Positions 8,359-17,816 of a DNA stretch of 32,000 bases are shown in pieces. Numbering within the stretch: the stretch's first letter is position 1; each line of letters starts with the position of its first letter. The notes under the pieces are model-generated. The model was not told the DNA's origin, searched no databases, and worked only from the letters and a program-made list of their open reading frames with translations. The position numbers and the translations under genes were made by a program. This stretch comes from Nitrososphaerota archaeon (lineage in GTDB: Archaea > Thermoproteota > Nitrososphaeria > Nitrososphaerales > UBA57): positions 51,388 to 83,387 of the forward strand of contig PAVW01000011.1 in NCBI GenBank assembly GCA_002713205.1, written 5' to 3'.

Positions 8359-11112
8359 CTAAGAATTTTGAATTAATGAATTAAGTTTATCAAGTATAAT
8401 TTGAACATCTCCAATCTGGGAGCCTCCACCTTGTGCAAATCTTTTGTTACCACCCCCTGAACCTCCAAATTCTGTCGCAATAAGATGAATAAGATCAACA
8501 GCTTGAAATTTCGATGATGTTTTATCACCGCAAAATATAACGAATTTAGATCTATTATTCTTATTGATTAAACCGATATAAATTAAAGAATCAGATTTTT
8601 TGATGCAATTTTCTCCTATCAAAATATGAAAATCTTCATCAACTTCATCCCAATCAATGATAGTTACTGGAATATCTTTAATCATTGTAGATGTTTTTAT
8701 TATGTGGTTATAGACAATATCAGCTAAATGATTTTTAAGTAGAGATTTAGTATTCTTCTTGATAAGTTCATTTTCAATTATTAATTGTTTAATTGCAATT
8801 GGAATTTTATGAGTTTGAACTGAAAGTTCAGCAGAGATAGAATCCAAAAGAGCATTTTGTTGTTGTATATAATCCAAAGCTGTCTCACCAGCAACATATT
8901 CTAGTCTTTCAACTCCATCTTGTACCCTTTCGTTCTTTATGATTTTGATTAATCCTATTTCACCTGTATTCAATACATGAGTACCAGCGCATGCTTCAAC
9001 ATCCCATCCTTCTATATCTTGAACACGAATAGATTTTCCAGGTGCTATTCCACCTTGATAAATTGAAAAACCGTATTTTTTTTCTGCTTCACCTCGGTCT
9101 AAAACTAATTTATGAACTGGGAGATTTTTTCTTATAGCACTATTCGCTAGTTTTTCAATGGTCTCAATCTGTTTCAATGATAAATGTTCAAAATGAGTTA
9201 TATCTAACCGAGCTTTATGAATGTCTTTAAATGCTGATGCTTGCCAGATCCAAGAACCTAAAGCTCTTTTTGCAGCTCCCAACATAACATGAGTAGCAGT
9301 ATGATGGGATGTTAAAATTCTTCTTCGGTTAGCATCAATTTTTCCATGAACTATCATTCCTTCTGTAATATCTAATGTATCTATCTTATGAAGAATTACA
9401 TGGCCATATTTTTCAACGTCTAGAACATTATGATTGTGAATAACACCGGTATCAGGTTCTTGACCTCCAGCTCGTGCATAAAAAGCTGTTTTATCCAGAA
9501 CTATAAAAGAATAATTAGATTCTTTAAAGACTGTCAATACTTTGGCGTCAAATTCAACTAATTCTTGATCTTCATAAAAAAGCGGACGAGTAGATGGTAA
9601 ATTATCAATATCAAAAGTGCGTTTAGATTTTTCAGTAGTGTGAGTTATATGTCGTTCAGTTACCTTGGCATAAAAATTTGGAGGTATATCAATTGAAACA
9701 CCTTGATCTTTTAAAAATTCAGGAGTAATTCCATCTGAATCATATAATTTGATGAGATTGTCTTCAGTTAGGGTTTTACCGTCCTTTTGAATATTTCCAA
9801 CTAATTTTTTTATACGGATTTGAGTATTTCGATATCGTTTTTCTTCAACTTCCAATATAGTTATAATTTCATCTCGATGAGATCGCAATTCAGGATATAT
9901 TTTGGATAGATAACTTATATGCCAATCTGCAACTTCTCCGAGCGTTATATTCCAGTTTTGAGAATCTATCTTAGATAAAGCACGACGTAACAACACTCTA
10001 AGATTATATCCTCCACCTACATTGCTAGGAAGGGCACCATCACTAATAGCAAAAATAAGTGTTTTAACATGATCAATTAGAGCAAACATTGATTCCAATG
10101 GAGTAATTTTTGTAATTAAATCGGATTTAGTGATGTTAAGTTGTTTTGCAACTGCAGTTCTTACAACATTAATATCTTTAGCTTCGTCTAGATTCAATAC
10201 CCCTGAAATTTTTGAATAATCGAGGAAAAAATCCTTTTCATAAACTATATTACATTTATTCAATACTTTATCAACAACAGGTCCAAAAACCGCTTCATAT
10301 GCAGTAGGAGTTCCTTGTGTTAACCAAGTAAATCTCTCAAGACCAGCACCCATATCTATAATTTTTTCATTCATGGGTTTATAATTATCAGGAGTGCCTT
10401 CAAACTCGGTAAAGACTGCATTACCCAATTCCAAACCACGTACAAAATATTCTAGTGAATAACCGAATGCGCCATAACCAATCCAAACATCTTCTTTAAA
10501 GACTATTTCTTTCTTTGGTATTCCAAAAACTTGTGTTAAGAGTCCATAATCGAGTTCAATACATTTATCTTTCCAATATCCAGTATTATTTGCAACACAA
10601 TGTTGTCCAATCATTACAAAAGATGTAAAATGTTTTCCGCTAATGCCAACATTTTCAATGTCATTAAATCTCAGACACATTTGAGGAACAATTAATGGAT
10701 TTTCAGGAAATTCAAAAGATACTTTCCCTCCTTCTATTCTTTGAAAATCAACTATAGATGCAATAGTAAAATATAGATCAGGTCGCCATCTAGCTACTAC
10801 AGGATAACGAGAAACGCTTGTATGACCATTATTAACAAAATATTTCTCAATAGCCATCCAACTTTCTGCATAATCTAATTTTTTCATAGAAGGAGAATTT
10901 CCAATAAAACCATATTGTTCACATGGTTGTTCAGGGCAAGTCAATCTAGAATTATCAGCTGTCCAAAAATTATTATTGCAATTAGAACATTTTTTACGAA
11001 TAAAACCCTCTTTTTCAAATAAATGGACTTGATAATATTTTGCGTATTCTGATGAGAACTTATTACGTAATGCGACTTTATCCATTATCAATAGATAAAT
11101 AATTTTAGACAT
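8359..11112 (-). CDS. alaS: alanyl-tRNA synthetase (archaeal type)
   Basis: 917 aa with an N-terminal Cys-rich segment (CSNCNNNFWT...CPEQPC), the editing-domain HHTATH motif and a C-terminal GGGN...GGG. The start may instead be the ATG at 11085 (MDKVALRN...). Confidence 0.95.
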   Translation of the reverse strand: MSKIIYLLIMDKVALRNKFSSEYAKYYQVHLFEKEGFIRKKCSNCNNNFWTADNSRLTCPEQPCEQYGFIGNSPSMKKLDYAESWMAIEKYFVNNGHTSVSRYPVVARWRPDLYFTIASIVDFQRIEGGKVSFEFPENPLIVPQMCLRFNDIENVGISGKHFTSFVMIGQHCVANNTGYWKDKCIELDYGLLTQVFGIPKKEIVFKEDVWIGYGAFGYSLEYFVRGLELGNAVFTEFEGTPDNYKPMNEKIIDMGAGLERFTWLTQGTPTAYEAVFGPVVDKVLNKCNIVYEKDFFLDYSKISGVLNLDEAKDINVVRTAVAKQLNITKSDLITKITPLESMFALIDHVKTLIFAISDGALPSNVGGGYNLRVLLRRALSKIDSQNWNITLGEVADWHISYLSKIYPELRSHRDEIITILEVEEKRYRNTQIRIKKLVGNIQKDGKTLTEDNLIKLYDSDGITPEFLKDQGVSIDIPPNFYAKVTERHITHTTEKSKRTFDIDNLPSTRPLFYEDQELVEFDAKVLTVFKESNYSFIVLDKTAFYARAGGQEPDTGVIHNHNVLDVEKYGHVILHKIDTLDITEGMIVHGKIDANRRRILTSHHTATHVMLGAAKRALGSWIWQASAFKDIHKARLDITHFEHLSLKQIETIEKLANSAIRKNLPVHKLVLDRGEAEKKYGFSIYQGGIAPGKSIRVQDIEGWDVEACAGTHVLNTGEIGLIKIIKNERVQDGVERLEYVAGETALDYIQQQNALLDSISAELSVQTHKIPIAIKQLIIENELIKKNTKSLLKNHLADIVYNHIIKTSTMIKDIPVTIIDWDEVDEDFHILIGENCIKKSDSLIYIGLINKNNRSKFVIFCGDKTSSKFQAVDLIHLIATEFGGSGGGNKRFAQGGGSQIGDVQIILDKLNSLIQNS

Positions 11113-11221
11113 ATTAATATCTGCTCTAAAATACTATGAAATAGGTAATTTCATCATTTGGCGTCCAATAAAGTAAATTTTAATAGATTAATAATAAGGA
11201 ATTTTTCAAATTTTTTAAACC

Positions 11222-11231
11222 TTATATATAT
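11222..11231 (+). promoter_or_regulatory. TATA box (ttatatatat) upstream of the P1 gene
   Basis: It lies 28-37 nt upstream of the ATG at 11259, in the divergent alaS/P1 spacer. Confidence 0.4.
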
Positions 11232-11258
11232 GAAAATAAAATTTGAAACGACAGACAA

Positions 11259-11570
11259 ATGGAATATATTTATGCGGCTTTACTTCTACACAAACTTGAA
11301 AAAAAGATTGATGAAGCAACGGTAAAAAAGGTAATTACTTCAACTGGAATAAAACCAGACGAAGTCAAAATTAAAGCATTAGTATCAGCGCTCAGCGAAG
11401 TGGATATTGAAGATGCATTAAAAAATGCAGCAACTACAGTAACTGCAGCAGCACCTACGGCACCATCAACTGAATCAACAAGCGAAGTAAAAGTAGAAGA
11501 AAAGAAAGAAGAAAAGGATGAAAAGAAAGACGAAGAAGCTATGGAAGGACTAGCTAGTTTATTCGGCTAA
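11259..11570 (+). CDS. rpl12: ribosomal stalk protein P1 (aL12)
   Basis: 103 aa. MEYIYAALLLH N-terminus, an Ala/Pro/Thr hinge, an acidic KEE tract and the conserved tail EEAMEGLASLFG. Confidence 0.95.
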   Translation: MEYIYAALLLHKLEKKIDEATVKKVITSTGIKPDEVKIKALVSALSEVDIEDALKNAATTVTAAAPTAPSTESTSEVKVEEKKEEKDEKKDEEAMEGLASLFG

Positions 11571-11587
11571 GATATTTTAGAAAATAA

Positions 11588-12439
11588 TTAATTAGGTTTA
11601 ATTAGATTACTTAATATCTGTGCTTCTAGTTGTTTTTTAGCTAGTATAAAAGATGCGTTGTCTTTAGTAAGATATTCTGATTCAATGGAGAGGTTTTTAG
11701 ATTTATTAAATGCATTTGCAAGTAATAATGGAATAGTTTCTTTGGTAAAATATTCTTGATTGACTGCAAGATTAAGTGCATTTTGATAAGAATTACTAAT
11801 GTCATTCATATAATCAGTGAGATTAATTGCTACATCAACAGAATTGTAGAGTAAGCCATCCATATAGGCTAAGGCAATAGATACACCAGCCTTGATCGGT
11901 TTAATGTCAAGTTTGGATAATAAAGATGCCAAGTTTGCGCTTAGAACATCTCCTTTTTTTGCGGCAACAGTATCACTATTTACAAAAATACTACCAGCAT
12001 CAATCCGTGTAGCAATATTAAATTCTTTAAATATACTCAGATCAGGACCGGGTTGCATTCCAGTATTTCCAGCAGGTATTACAATATCATCAGTTGCAAC
12101 ATCACCTTCACGTGCTGCAAGATCTATTTTGCCCTTTTCTAAAAGTAGAAATAATTGAAAAGGATTCATATCTGTGAAAATTAAGGCTTGTTGTTTTGAG
12201 ACCCCATTTGAGAGATCCTTAGAATTTTTAATTTGAGATTTTTCAATTGCTAATTTAGTCAAAGTATTCCTAACAACACGTATTTTCATTTCATCTTTGA
12301 AAGATTTACGCAATGACATCAATTGAGCACCTCTAACTTTAAATAAACTACAGAAAGCAATGGTTTTATTAGTCTTTAGTAGTTTTTCGACTCTATCAAT
12401 AGTATCAATTTTTGATTGTTTATACTTAGTTTTTTGCAT
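11588..12439 (-). CDS. rplP0: ribosomal stalk protein P0 (uL10)
   Basis: 283 aa, located immediately after uL1 (stop and start abut at 12439/12440). The N-terminal uL10 region has typical length and layout. Confidence 0.85.
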   Translation of the reverse strand: MQKTKYKQSKIDTIDRVEKLLKTNKTIAFCSLFKVRGAQLMSLRKSFKDEMKIRVVRNTLTKLAIEKSQIKNSKDLSNGVSKQQALIFTDMNPFQLFLLLEKGKIDLAAREGDVATDDIVIPAGNTGMQPGPDLSIFKEFNIATRIDAGSIFVNSDTVAAKKGDVLSANLASLLSKLDIKPIKAGVSIALAYMDGLLYNSVDVAINLTDYMNDISNSYQNALNLAVNQEYFTKETIPLLLANAFNKSKNLSIESEYLTKDNASFILAKKQLEAQILSNLIKPN

Positions 12440-13096
12440 TTAAACTACCTCTTGGATAGGAACATGTACTGGATTAGACATTGAAAGTTTAAGAACAAAT
12501 CCTTTTAGATTTTTTTCATTATTTGGAAGTTTTGCAACAACTGCATTAATAACAGTAATAGCATTTTCAACGATATGCTCATCAGTCATATCTTCATCAC
12601 CAATTTTTGTAGCCAATGACAGAGTTCGTCCTCGAATACGAATAGCTGTTCTATACTTTGTAATCATGTTTTCAATAGGAGCATTAGGAGCTAATGGTAA
12701 AGGCATTCTTCCTTTAGGACCAAGAAATTTACCCAAAATTTTTCCGATTTTAGGCATAGCACTAGTTTCAGCTAAAAAGAAATCATAAGAACGTACCAAT
12801 TTTTTTGCTATTCTTTTATCATCTGACATTTCGTCAATTTTATTAATCTCTATTACACGATCTGCATCAGCTTTACCAGCTCGTAAATGAAGGTCCCCAG
12901 AGGCTATAACACATATTTTAGAATGTTCTTTAATAGGATTTGGTAAGAATACAGTTTCATTAAGATTTATTTCATTTTTTTTAGTATCGATATCTTTTAA
13001 ATTAATTACAAGTTCAAATGATTGTTTAAAATTCCTTTTAGAAGAGGCAGAACGAGCCTTTTTTACATGTTCTAATAATGCTTGTGTTTTTACCAA
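12440..13096 (-). CDS. rpl1: ribosomal protein uL1
   Basis: 218 aa with KRNFKQSFELVINLK and GPKGRMP motifs. TTG is the only possible start; the next Met is near residue 88. Confidence 0.92.
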   Translation of the reverse strand: MVKTQALLEHVKKARSASSKRNFKQSFELVINLKDIDTKKNEINLNETVFLPNPIKEHSKICVIASGDLHLRAGKADADRVIEINKIDEMSDDKRIAKKLVRSYDFFLAETSAMPKIGKILGKFLGPKGRMPLPLAPNAPIENMITKYRTAIRIRGRTLSLATKIGDEDMTDEHIVENAITVINAVVAKLPNNEKNLKGFVLKLSMSNPVHVPIQEVV

Positions 13097-13174
13097 TGTT
13101 ATTATCTCACTATAGTATAATTCTCAAATTTAATTGTTTTTTATTAATTTTAATATATATAATTTTAAGTACAT

Positions 13175-13678
13175 CTATAATGATTTATCCCATTTTCCAT
13201 TATCAATTTCTTTCAAAATCTCCCTAGGACCTTTGTCTTCTATAGTAATTCCCATACTTAAACATGAACCTATCAATTCCTTAACAGTACTTTTAATGTT
13301 AGTTGCATAAGATTGTTCAATTTTTACATTAGCGATTTTTACTAATTGAGCCATAGTCAAATTAGCAACATTTTCAGTTTTAGGAGTTCCAGAACCTTTT
13401 TTTATACCAGATTCTTTTGCCAACAGAGCCGATGAAGTAGGAATTCCAACAGTAACAGAAAAAGTCTTATTTTCTACATCAACTATTATTTTGATTGGAA
13501 CACGCATTCCAGTATATTCTTTTGTTTTTTCATTTATTTCAGAAACTATAGCCATAACGTTAAGTCCCATTGGTGCTAGAGCTGGACCAAGTGGAGGACC
13601 TGCATTAGCTTGTCCACCTGTCACTAATGCTGGAATAATTTTTTCTTCAGGCATTAACATCACTTTGACTTTTTTCAA
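13175..13678 (-). CDS. rpl11: ribosomal protein uL11
   Basis: LVTGGQANAGPPLGPALAPMGLNV is the uL11 N-terminal signature. The maximal ORF is shown; the true start is more likely the ATG at 13660 or 13654, overlapping the spt5 stop. Confidence 0.92.
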   Translation of the reverse strand: MKKVKVMLMPEEKIIPALVTGGQANAGPPLGPALAPMGLNVMAIVSEINEKTKEYTGMRVPIKIIVDVENKTFSVTVGIPTSSALLAKESGIKKGSGTPKTENVANLTMAQLVKIANVKIEQSYATNIKSTVKELIGSCLSMGITIEDKGPREILKEIDNGKWDKSL

Positions 13679-14147
13679 TAATTTTTAGATGATCTACATC
13701 GACAGTAACAGGTAATTGATAAGTAGCATCAAGTAACATAATCGTAACTTCAGATCTACTTTGCTCTAATTTAGTGATTTTTGCTTTAGAATTTTTAAAT
13801 GGTCCACTAGTGACTTCTACTATATCATTAATTGATAATTCTGCAATAATAGAACGAGTTACGAGAAATTTTTGAATATCTGTATACTTAACAATTCCAG
13901 GAATTAAATTTTTAACATGTTTAAATCCAGATATTGCATCACCAACTATTTGGGCATTAGGCGCCTCAAAAAATACATAGCCTTTTAATGCTTCAATAAC
14001 AACTATAGAATAAATTCCTGAATAAATTAACGTATCATCATTCTGTTTTTTATTATCTAATCTGGTACCAACAAATTTTGCAACATTCTTTTCTTGCCCA
14101 CCAGTTGTTTTTACGGCAAAAAAGCGACTAGTTAGAGTATTACTCAA
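13647..14147 (-). CDS. spt5: transcription elongation factor Spt5 (NusG homologue)
   Basis: 166 aa with an NGN start (FAVKTTGGQEKNVA) and a KOW motif (VEVTSGPFKNSKAKI). TTG start 3 nt after the secE stop. Confidence 0.92.
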   Translation of the reverse strand: MSNTLTSRFFAVKTTGGQEKNVAKFVGTRLDNKKQNDDTLIYSGIYSIVVIEALKGYVFFEAPNAQIVGDAISGFKHVKNLIPGIVKYTDIQKFLVTRSIIAELSINDIVEVTSGPFKNSKAKITKLEQSRSEVTIMLLDATYQLPVTVDVDHLKIIEKSQSDVNA

Positions 14148-14150
14148 TTT

Positions 14151-14336
14151 TTAAGCAGGACCACCAGTGAGTCGGAATATAGAACCAACGAGTTGAACGA
14201 CATAACCAATAGAACCCAATATAACTAAACCAGCAAGAGTAAGCTTTAGATATAGAAAATACTCCTTTCGATCAGATTTTCTAGCGTATTTTAGTGTATT
14301 TATACACGAGTTAAGAAATTGCATTAAGTCGACCAA
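14151..14336 (-). CDS. secE: protein translocase subunit SecE/Sec61-gamma
   Basis: 61 aa with a single C-terminal TM, in the conserved position upstream of spt5-uL11. The start is TTG at 14336 or the ATG four codons downstream. Confidence 0.8.
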   Translation of the reverse strand: MVDLMQFLNSCINTLKYARKSDRKEYFLYLKLTLAGLVILGSIGYVVQLVGSIFRLTGGPA

Positions 14337-14380
14337 TTAATTCTTGGTCAACTTATAAATTATATTTGATAAACTTTTTG

Positions 14381-14564
14381 ATATTATTAAAAAAGATGAA
14401 TATCTATGATAAAATCAGCATTAATAGTATCTAGAAAAGATCAAGCAAGCGTAAATATGTTAAATATTTTATTAAAAAAGATGGATATCTATGATAAAAT
14501 CAGCATTAATAGTATCTAGAAAAGATCAAGCAAGCGTAAATATGTTAAATATTTTATTAAAAAA
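14381..14564 (+). repeat. 85-bp tandem duplication, about 2.2 copies, spanning the dtdA upstream region and codons 1-25
   Basis: 14381-14465 and 14466-14550 match at 83/85 positions; the differences are 14383/14468 and 14399/14484. 14551-14564 repeats the first 14 nt again. The boundaries are the microhomology atWttattaaaaaa. Confidence 0.95.
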
Positions 14565-15303
14565 TTATAATTTTCATCCTTCTAGTGAATCAAGAGATAA
14601 AAAAACCTATTATAAATACAAAAACATAGAATTAATTGTTCTCAACGAAGAAATGATATATTGTAATTATTTAGAAAAAATATGTAAATCAGAACGAATA
14701 ATATTTTTATCAAAGCATCAAAGTAAAAGTGGAAAACCAACACTAACTGCTCATTTTCTTGGAAATCCATCTAACGAAGCCCCATATGGAGGAGAAAAAA
14801 TGCAAATAGCACCAACTTGTCCAAATTTATTAAAGAATTATATTATAAATTTAGAAAAACAAAAAAATGATTTGGTAAATTATGAAATATCGTTAGAAGC
14901 AACTCACCACGGTCCAACAAATATTTCTAAACCATGTTTATTTATAGAAATTGGATCACAAATTAAACAATGGAAAGACGACAATGCAGCAAACATAGTA
15001 GTGAACACAATTATGGAATCAATAGAAAATGAAAATGATGGAAACAAAATAGGATTTGGTTTGGGAGGACCCCACTATTCTAAAAAGTTTACAGAATTAC
15101 TATTAAAAAGTGAATATTCAATCGCAGGATATATATCAAGACATTATATAAAATATTTTAATCAAGAATTGTTATTCCAAATTCTAAATAAATGTGAACA
15201 AACTGTAGAATATGTAATAATTGATAAAAAAGGTTTAGGAAAAGAGAAAAAAAGAATAATTAATTTATTAAAAGAAAATGAATTAGAAATAATAACTATC
15301 TAA
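14491..15303 (+). CDS. dtdA: D-aminoacyl-tRNA deacylase, archaeal type (DtdA)
   Basis: 270 aa. N-terminus MIKSALIVSRKDQASVNM, then SKHQSKSGKPTLTAHFLGN and LEATHHGPT, as in the archaeal tRNA_deacylase family. Confidence 0.8.
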   Translation: MIKSALIVSRKDQASVNMLNILLKNYNFHPSSESRDKKTYYKYKNIELIVLNEEMIYCNYLEKICKSERIIFLSKHQSKSGKPTLTAHFLGNPSNEAPYGGEKMQIAPTCPNLLKNYIINLEKQKNDLVNYEISLEATHHGPTNISKPCLFIEIGSQIKQWKDDNAANIVVNTIMESIENENDGNKIGFGLGGPHYSKKFTELLLKSEYSIAGYISRHYIKYFNQELLFQILNKCEQTVEYVIIDKKGLGKEKKRIINLLKENELEIITI

Positions 15304-15833
15304 TTATTTTGTGCATTATCATCAATTTCTTGATGGAAGATTTTATTATAAAATTTTTCTAGTGGAGAAAAAAGAGGGTTAACAAACCGAGCTATTTTTA
15401 CATCTCTTATAACAGGAAGTAGTGAAAATAAACCAACTTGTTCTTTTGTGCCAGTTGTAATTTCTTTTAATTGTTTAAACAATGGATATTTAGAAATAGT
15501 AACTTTATCAAGTTCATTTTCCCAGAGAAAGATACCAATCAGCATACCATTCAACAAAATAAATGGCAAGCCTAGTGGTAAAGCAGCTTCTTTTGCAATT
15601 ACTTCGCCATATTGAATTCCTTTAATTGGATCAATAAGGGCAGTAAAAAATACATTAATTGCTTGTACAGAATCAAGTTGGCCAAGTCTAATTCCTGCAG
15701 CGTCGAAAATAACAGGCAATACCAAGAAGAAAATTGGAAATATAATAACTGGTAATAACAATAAAGTCCAGAAAATAAGCTCTAAGAATGATTTGAGCCA
15801 TAATTCGAAATCAAAGGCAATATCGTCAGTCAA
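15300..15833 (-). CDS. hypothetical membrane protein
   Basis: 177 aa with a TTG start and several hydrophobic helices. No family recognised. Confidence 0.45.
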   Translation of the reverse strand: MTDDIAFDFELWLKSFLELIFWTLLLLPVIIFPIFFLVLPVIFDAAGIRLGQLDSVQAINVFFTALIDPIKGIQYGEVIAKEAALPLGLPFILLNGMLIGIFLWENELDKVTISKYPLFKQLKEITTGTKEQVGLFSLLPVIRDVKIARFVNPLFSPLEKFYNKIFHQEIDDNAQNN

Positions 15834-15892
15834 AGTCTACACCAAAATAGAGAATTTTAATCTGAAATTTTAATCTTTCTATTGATATACCA

Positions 15893-16894
15893 TTATTCAA
15901 TGATTTTATCAGGCCACATCATAAAACGGAGTCTTTTTCCAGCTAATTCCATTGGATGATCTGACAATTTATCTAAATATTTATCAAACGATTGTTTCCC
16001 TTCTTTATTATAGATTTGTCTCCATTCTTCGGCAAATTGACCTGATTTGATTTCATCAAGAATTTTTTCCATTTCATTTCGTGATGTGCTGTTAATAATT
16101 CTATTTCCGCGTGTCAAACCTCCATATCTTGCAGTTTCACTAACACGATTATACATACCCTTAATGCCATACTGTTGAATAAGATCTACAATTAATTTTA
16201 ATTCGTGTAGACATTCAAAATAAGCTACTTCAGGCTGGTAACCACTTTGAACTAGAGTTTCAAAAGAATTCTGAATAAGAGATGCAGTTCCTCCGCAAAG
16301 ATCGGCTTGTTCTCCAAATAAATCAGTTTCAACCTCTTCTTTGAAAGTAGTTTGTAATAAACCTGCACGTGCACAACCCAATCCTTTAGCAATTGAAAGA
16401 GCTCTATCCAATGCTTTACTGGTATAATTTTGTTGTACAGCAATAAGTGCCGGAGTACCAAAATTGTCTAGATATAATTCGCGAACACGTCGTCCTGGAG
16501 CTTTTGGCGCAACCATAATTACATCGACCCATTCAGGAGGTTTTACCCATTCGTAATTTATAACCAATCCATGAGAGAACCCCAATGCATTACCATCCTT
16601 AAGATATGGCTTAATCTGTTCTTCATATAATTTTGGTTGTTCCATATCTGGAATTAATACATGAATAATATCGGCTTGTTCAACTGCTTCAGGAATTTCC
16701 AAAACCTGATGCCCATCATCCAAAGCTTTCTGCCAACTTGATCCACCTCGTCTGGCACCTACTATTACATTGAGACCAGAATCTTTAAGATTTGATGCTT
16801 GAGCAGCGCCTTGAATCCCATACCCAATAACAGAAATAATTTCATTCTTGATAGAATCTAAATTTAGTTCTTCATCATGCCATGTTTTTGCCAT
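15893..16894 (-). CDS. ilvC: ketol-acid reductoisomerase
   Basis: GYGIQGAAQASNLKDSG is the Rossmann motif, with IlvC-typical C-terminal knot-domain sequence. The start is placed at ATG 16894 (MAKTWHDEELNL) rather than the longest ORF start at 16918. Confidence 0.93.
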   Translation of the reverse strand: MAKTWHDEELNLDSIKNEIISVIGYGIQGAAQASNLKDSGLNVIVGARRGGSSWQKALDDGHQVLEIPEAVEQADIIHVLIPDMEQPKLYEEQIKPYLKDGNALGFSHGLVINYEWVKPPEWVDVIMVAPKAPGRRVRELYLDNFGTPALIAVQQNYTSKALDRALSIAKGLGCARAGLLQTTFKEEVETDLFGEQADLCGGTASLIQNSFETLVQSGYQPEVAYFECLHELKLIVDLIQQYGIKGMYNRVSETARYGGLTRGNRIINSTSRNEMEKILDEIKSGQFAEEWRQIYNKEGKQSFDKYLDKLSDHPMELAGKRLRFMMWPDKIIE

Positions 16895-17006
16895 TTTTAT
16901 CAAATTAATAAAATACAAATAGAATCTTAAACATTACCCTGTACAAATATATGAAATAAATTCAGATAGAATAACTTATGTTACTGGCTGTGATATTTTC
17001 AGTTAA

Positions 17007-17795
17007 TTGAAAGAAATCAACGAAAGACCAATATTTGAACATGTAAGTGAATTAAGAAACAGAGTAATCCGAGTATTTGTAGTCGTGATATTAATTAGTT
17101 CATTCGTTTTTATTTTTTCAATACAGAATATAGAAATAAGAGGAATTAGCGTGCCTATACCATATCCAGATGTTTACAATAATTCTGCGGCGAGATTAAT
17201 TTCAATGCTTCAAGATATGGTATTACCATCATATGTTGATATTATATTAACCACACCCGGTCAAGCATTATCGGCTCAAATCTATGTTTCGCTACTAGTC
17301 GGAATAGTAGTAAGCATGCCATTAATTTTGTGGGAAATATCATCCTTTATTAAACCTGGTTTATACAAAAAAGAAATAAAATTATTAAGGAATTTACTTA
17401 TCCCAGCTAGCCTATTATTCTTTATTGGAAGTTTTTTTTCGTTACGTATAATGATACCAACAACATTAGAATTTTTATATAGATATGGTTTGTCATTGCG
17501 TGCTGAAACACTAATTACAATTAATGAATTTATTTCATTTATAATATTCTTTGTATTAGCTTTTGGTATTGCTTTTCAATTACCAATCATTATGTGGTTA
17601 CTGACAAAACTAGAAATTGTTAAGAGCGAAGTATGGAAAGAAAATTGGAGATATACATTCATAATATTAGTAATATTAGGTGCAATAATCACTCCAGATG
17701 CAAGTGGTGTAACTATGTGGTTAATTACATTACCAATGATGGCTTTGTATATTATAGGTTATTTGACTACTCGAAGTATCAAACAAGAGACATAA
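17007..17795 (+). CDS. tatC: twin-arginine translocase subunit TatC
   Basis: 262 aa with six predicted TMs and the N-terminal FEHVSELRNRVIR motif. TTG follows directly after an in-frame stop. Confidence 0.88.
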   Translation: MKEINERPIFEHVSELRNRVIRVFVVVILISSFVFIFSIQNIEIRGISVPIPYPDVYNNSAARLISMLQDMVLPSYVDIILTTPGQALSAQIYVSLLVGIVVSMPLILWEISSFIKPGLYKKEIKLLRNLLIPASLLFFIGSFFSLRIMIPTTLEFLYRYGLSLRAETLITINEFISFIIFFVLAFGIAFQLPIIMWLLTKLEIVKSEVWKENWRYTFIILVILGAIITPDASGVTMWLITLPMMALYIIGYLTTRSIKQET

Positions 17796-17816
17796 TCTAA
17801 TATTAGATTGTAAAGA

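Noticed and set aside
14381-14564. Possible CRISPR or minisatellite nature of the only tandem repeat
   Set aside because: There are only about 2.2 copies of an 85-bp unit, directly abutting with no spacers, and the repeat contains the dtdA start and coding sequence. It is a segmental duplication, not an array. No other repeat-spacer structure is seen in the window.
17794-17809. Perfect 16-nt palindrome AATCTAATATTAGATT overlapping the tatC stop codon, considered as a terminator or operator
   Set aside because: It is nearly all A/T (only two C/G positions) and short, so it is weakly stable. Such palindromes are expected by chance in this composition, and archaeal termination relies mainly on T-tracts. 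There is no supporting evidence.
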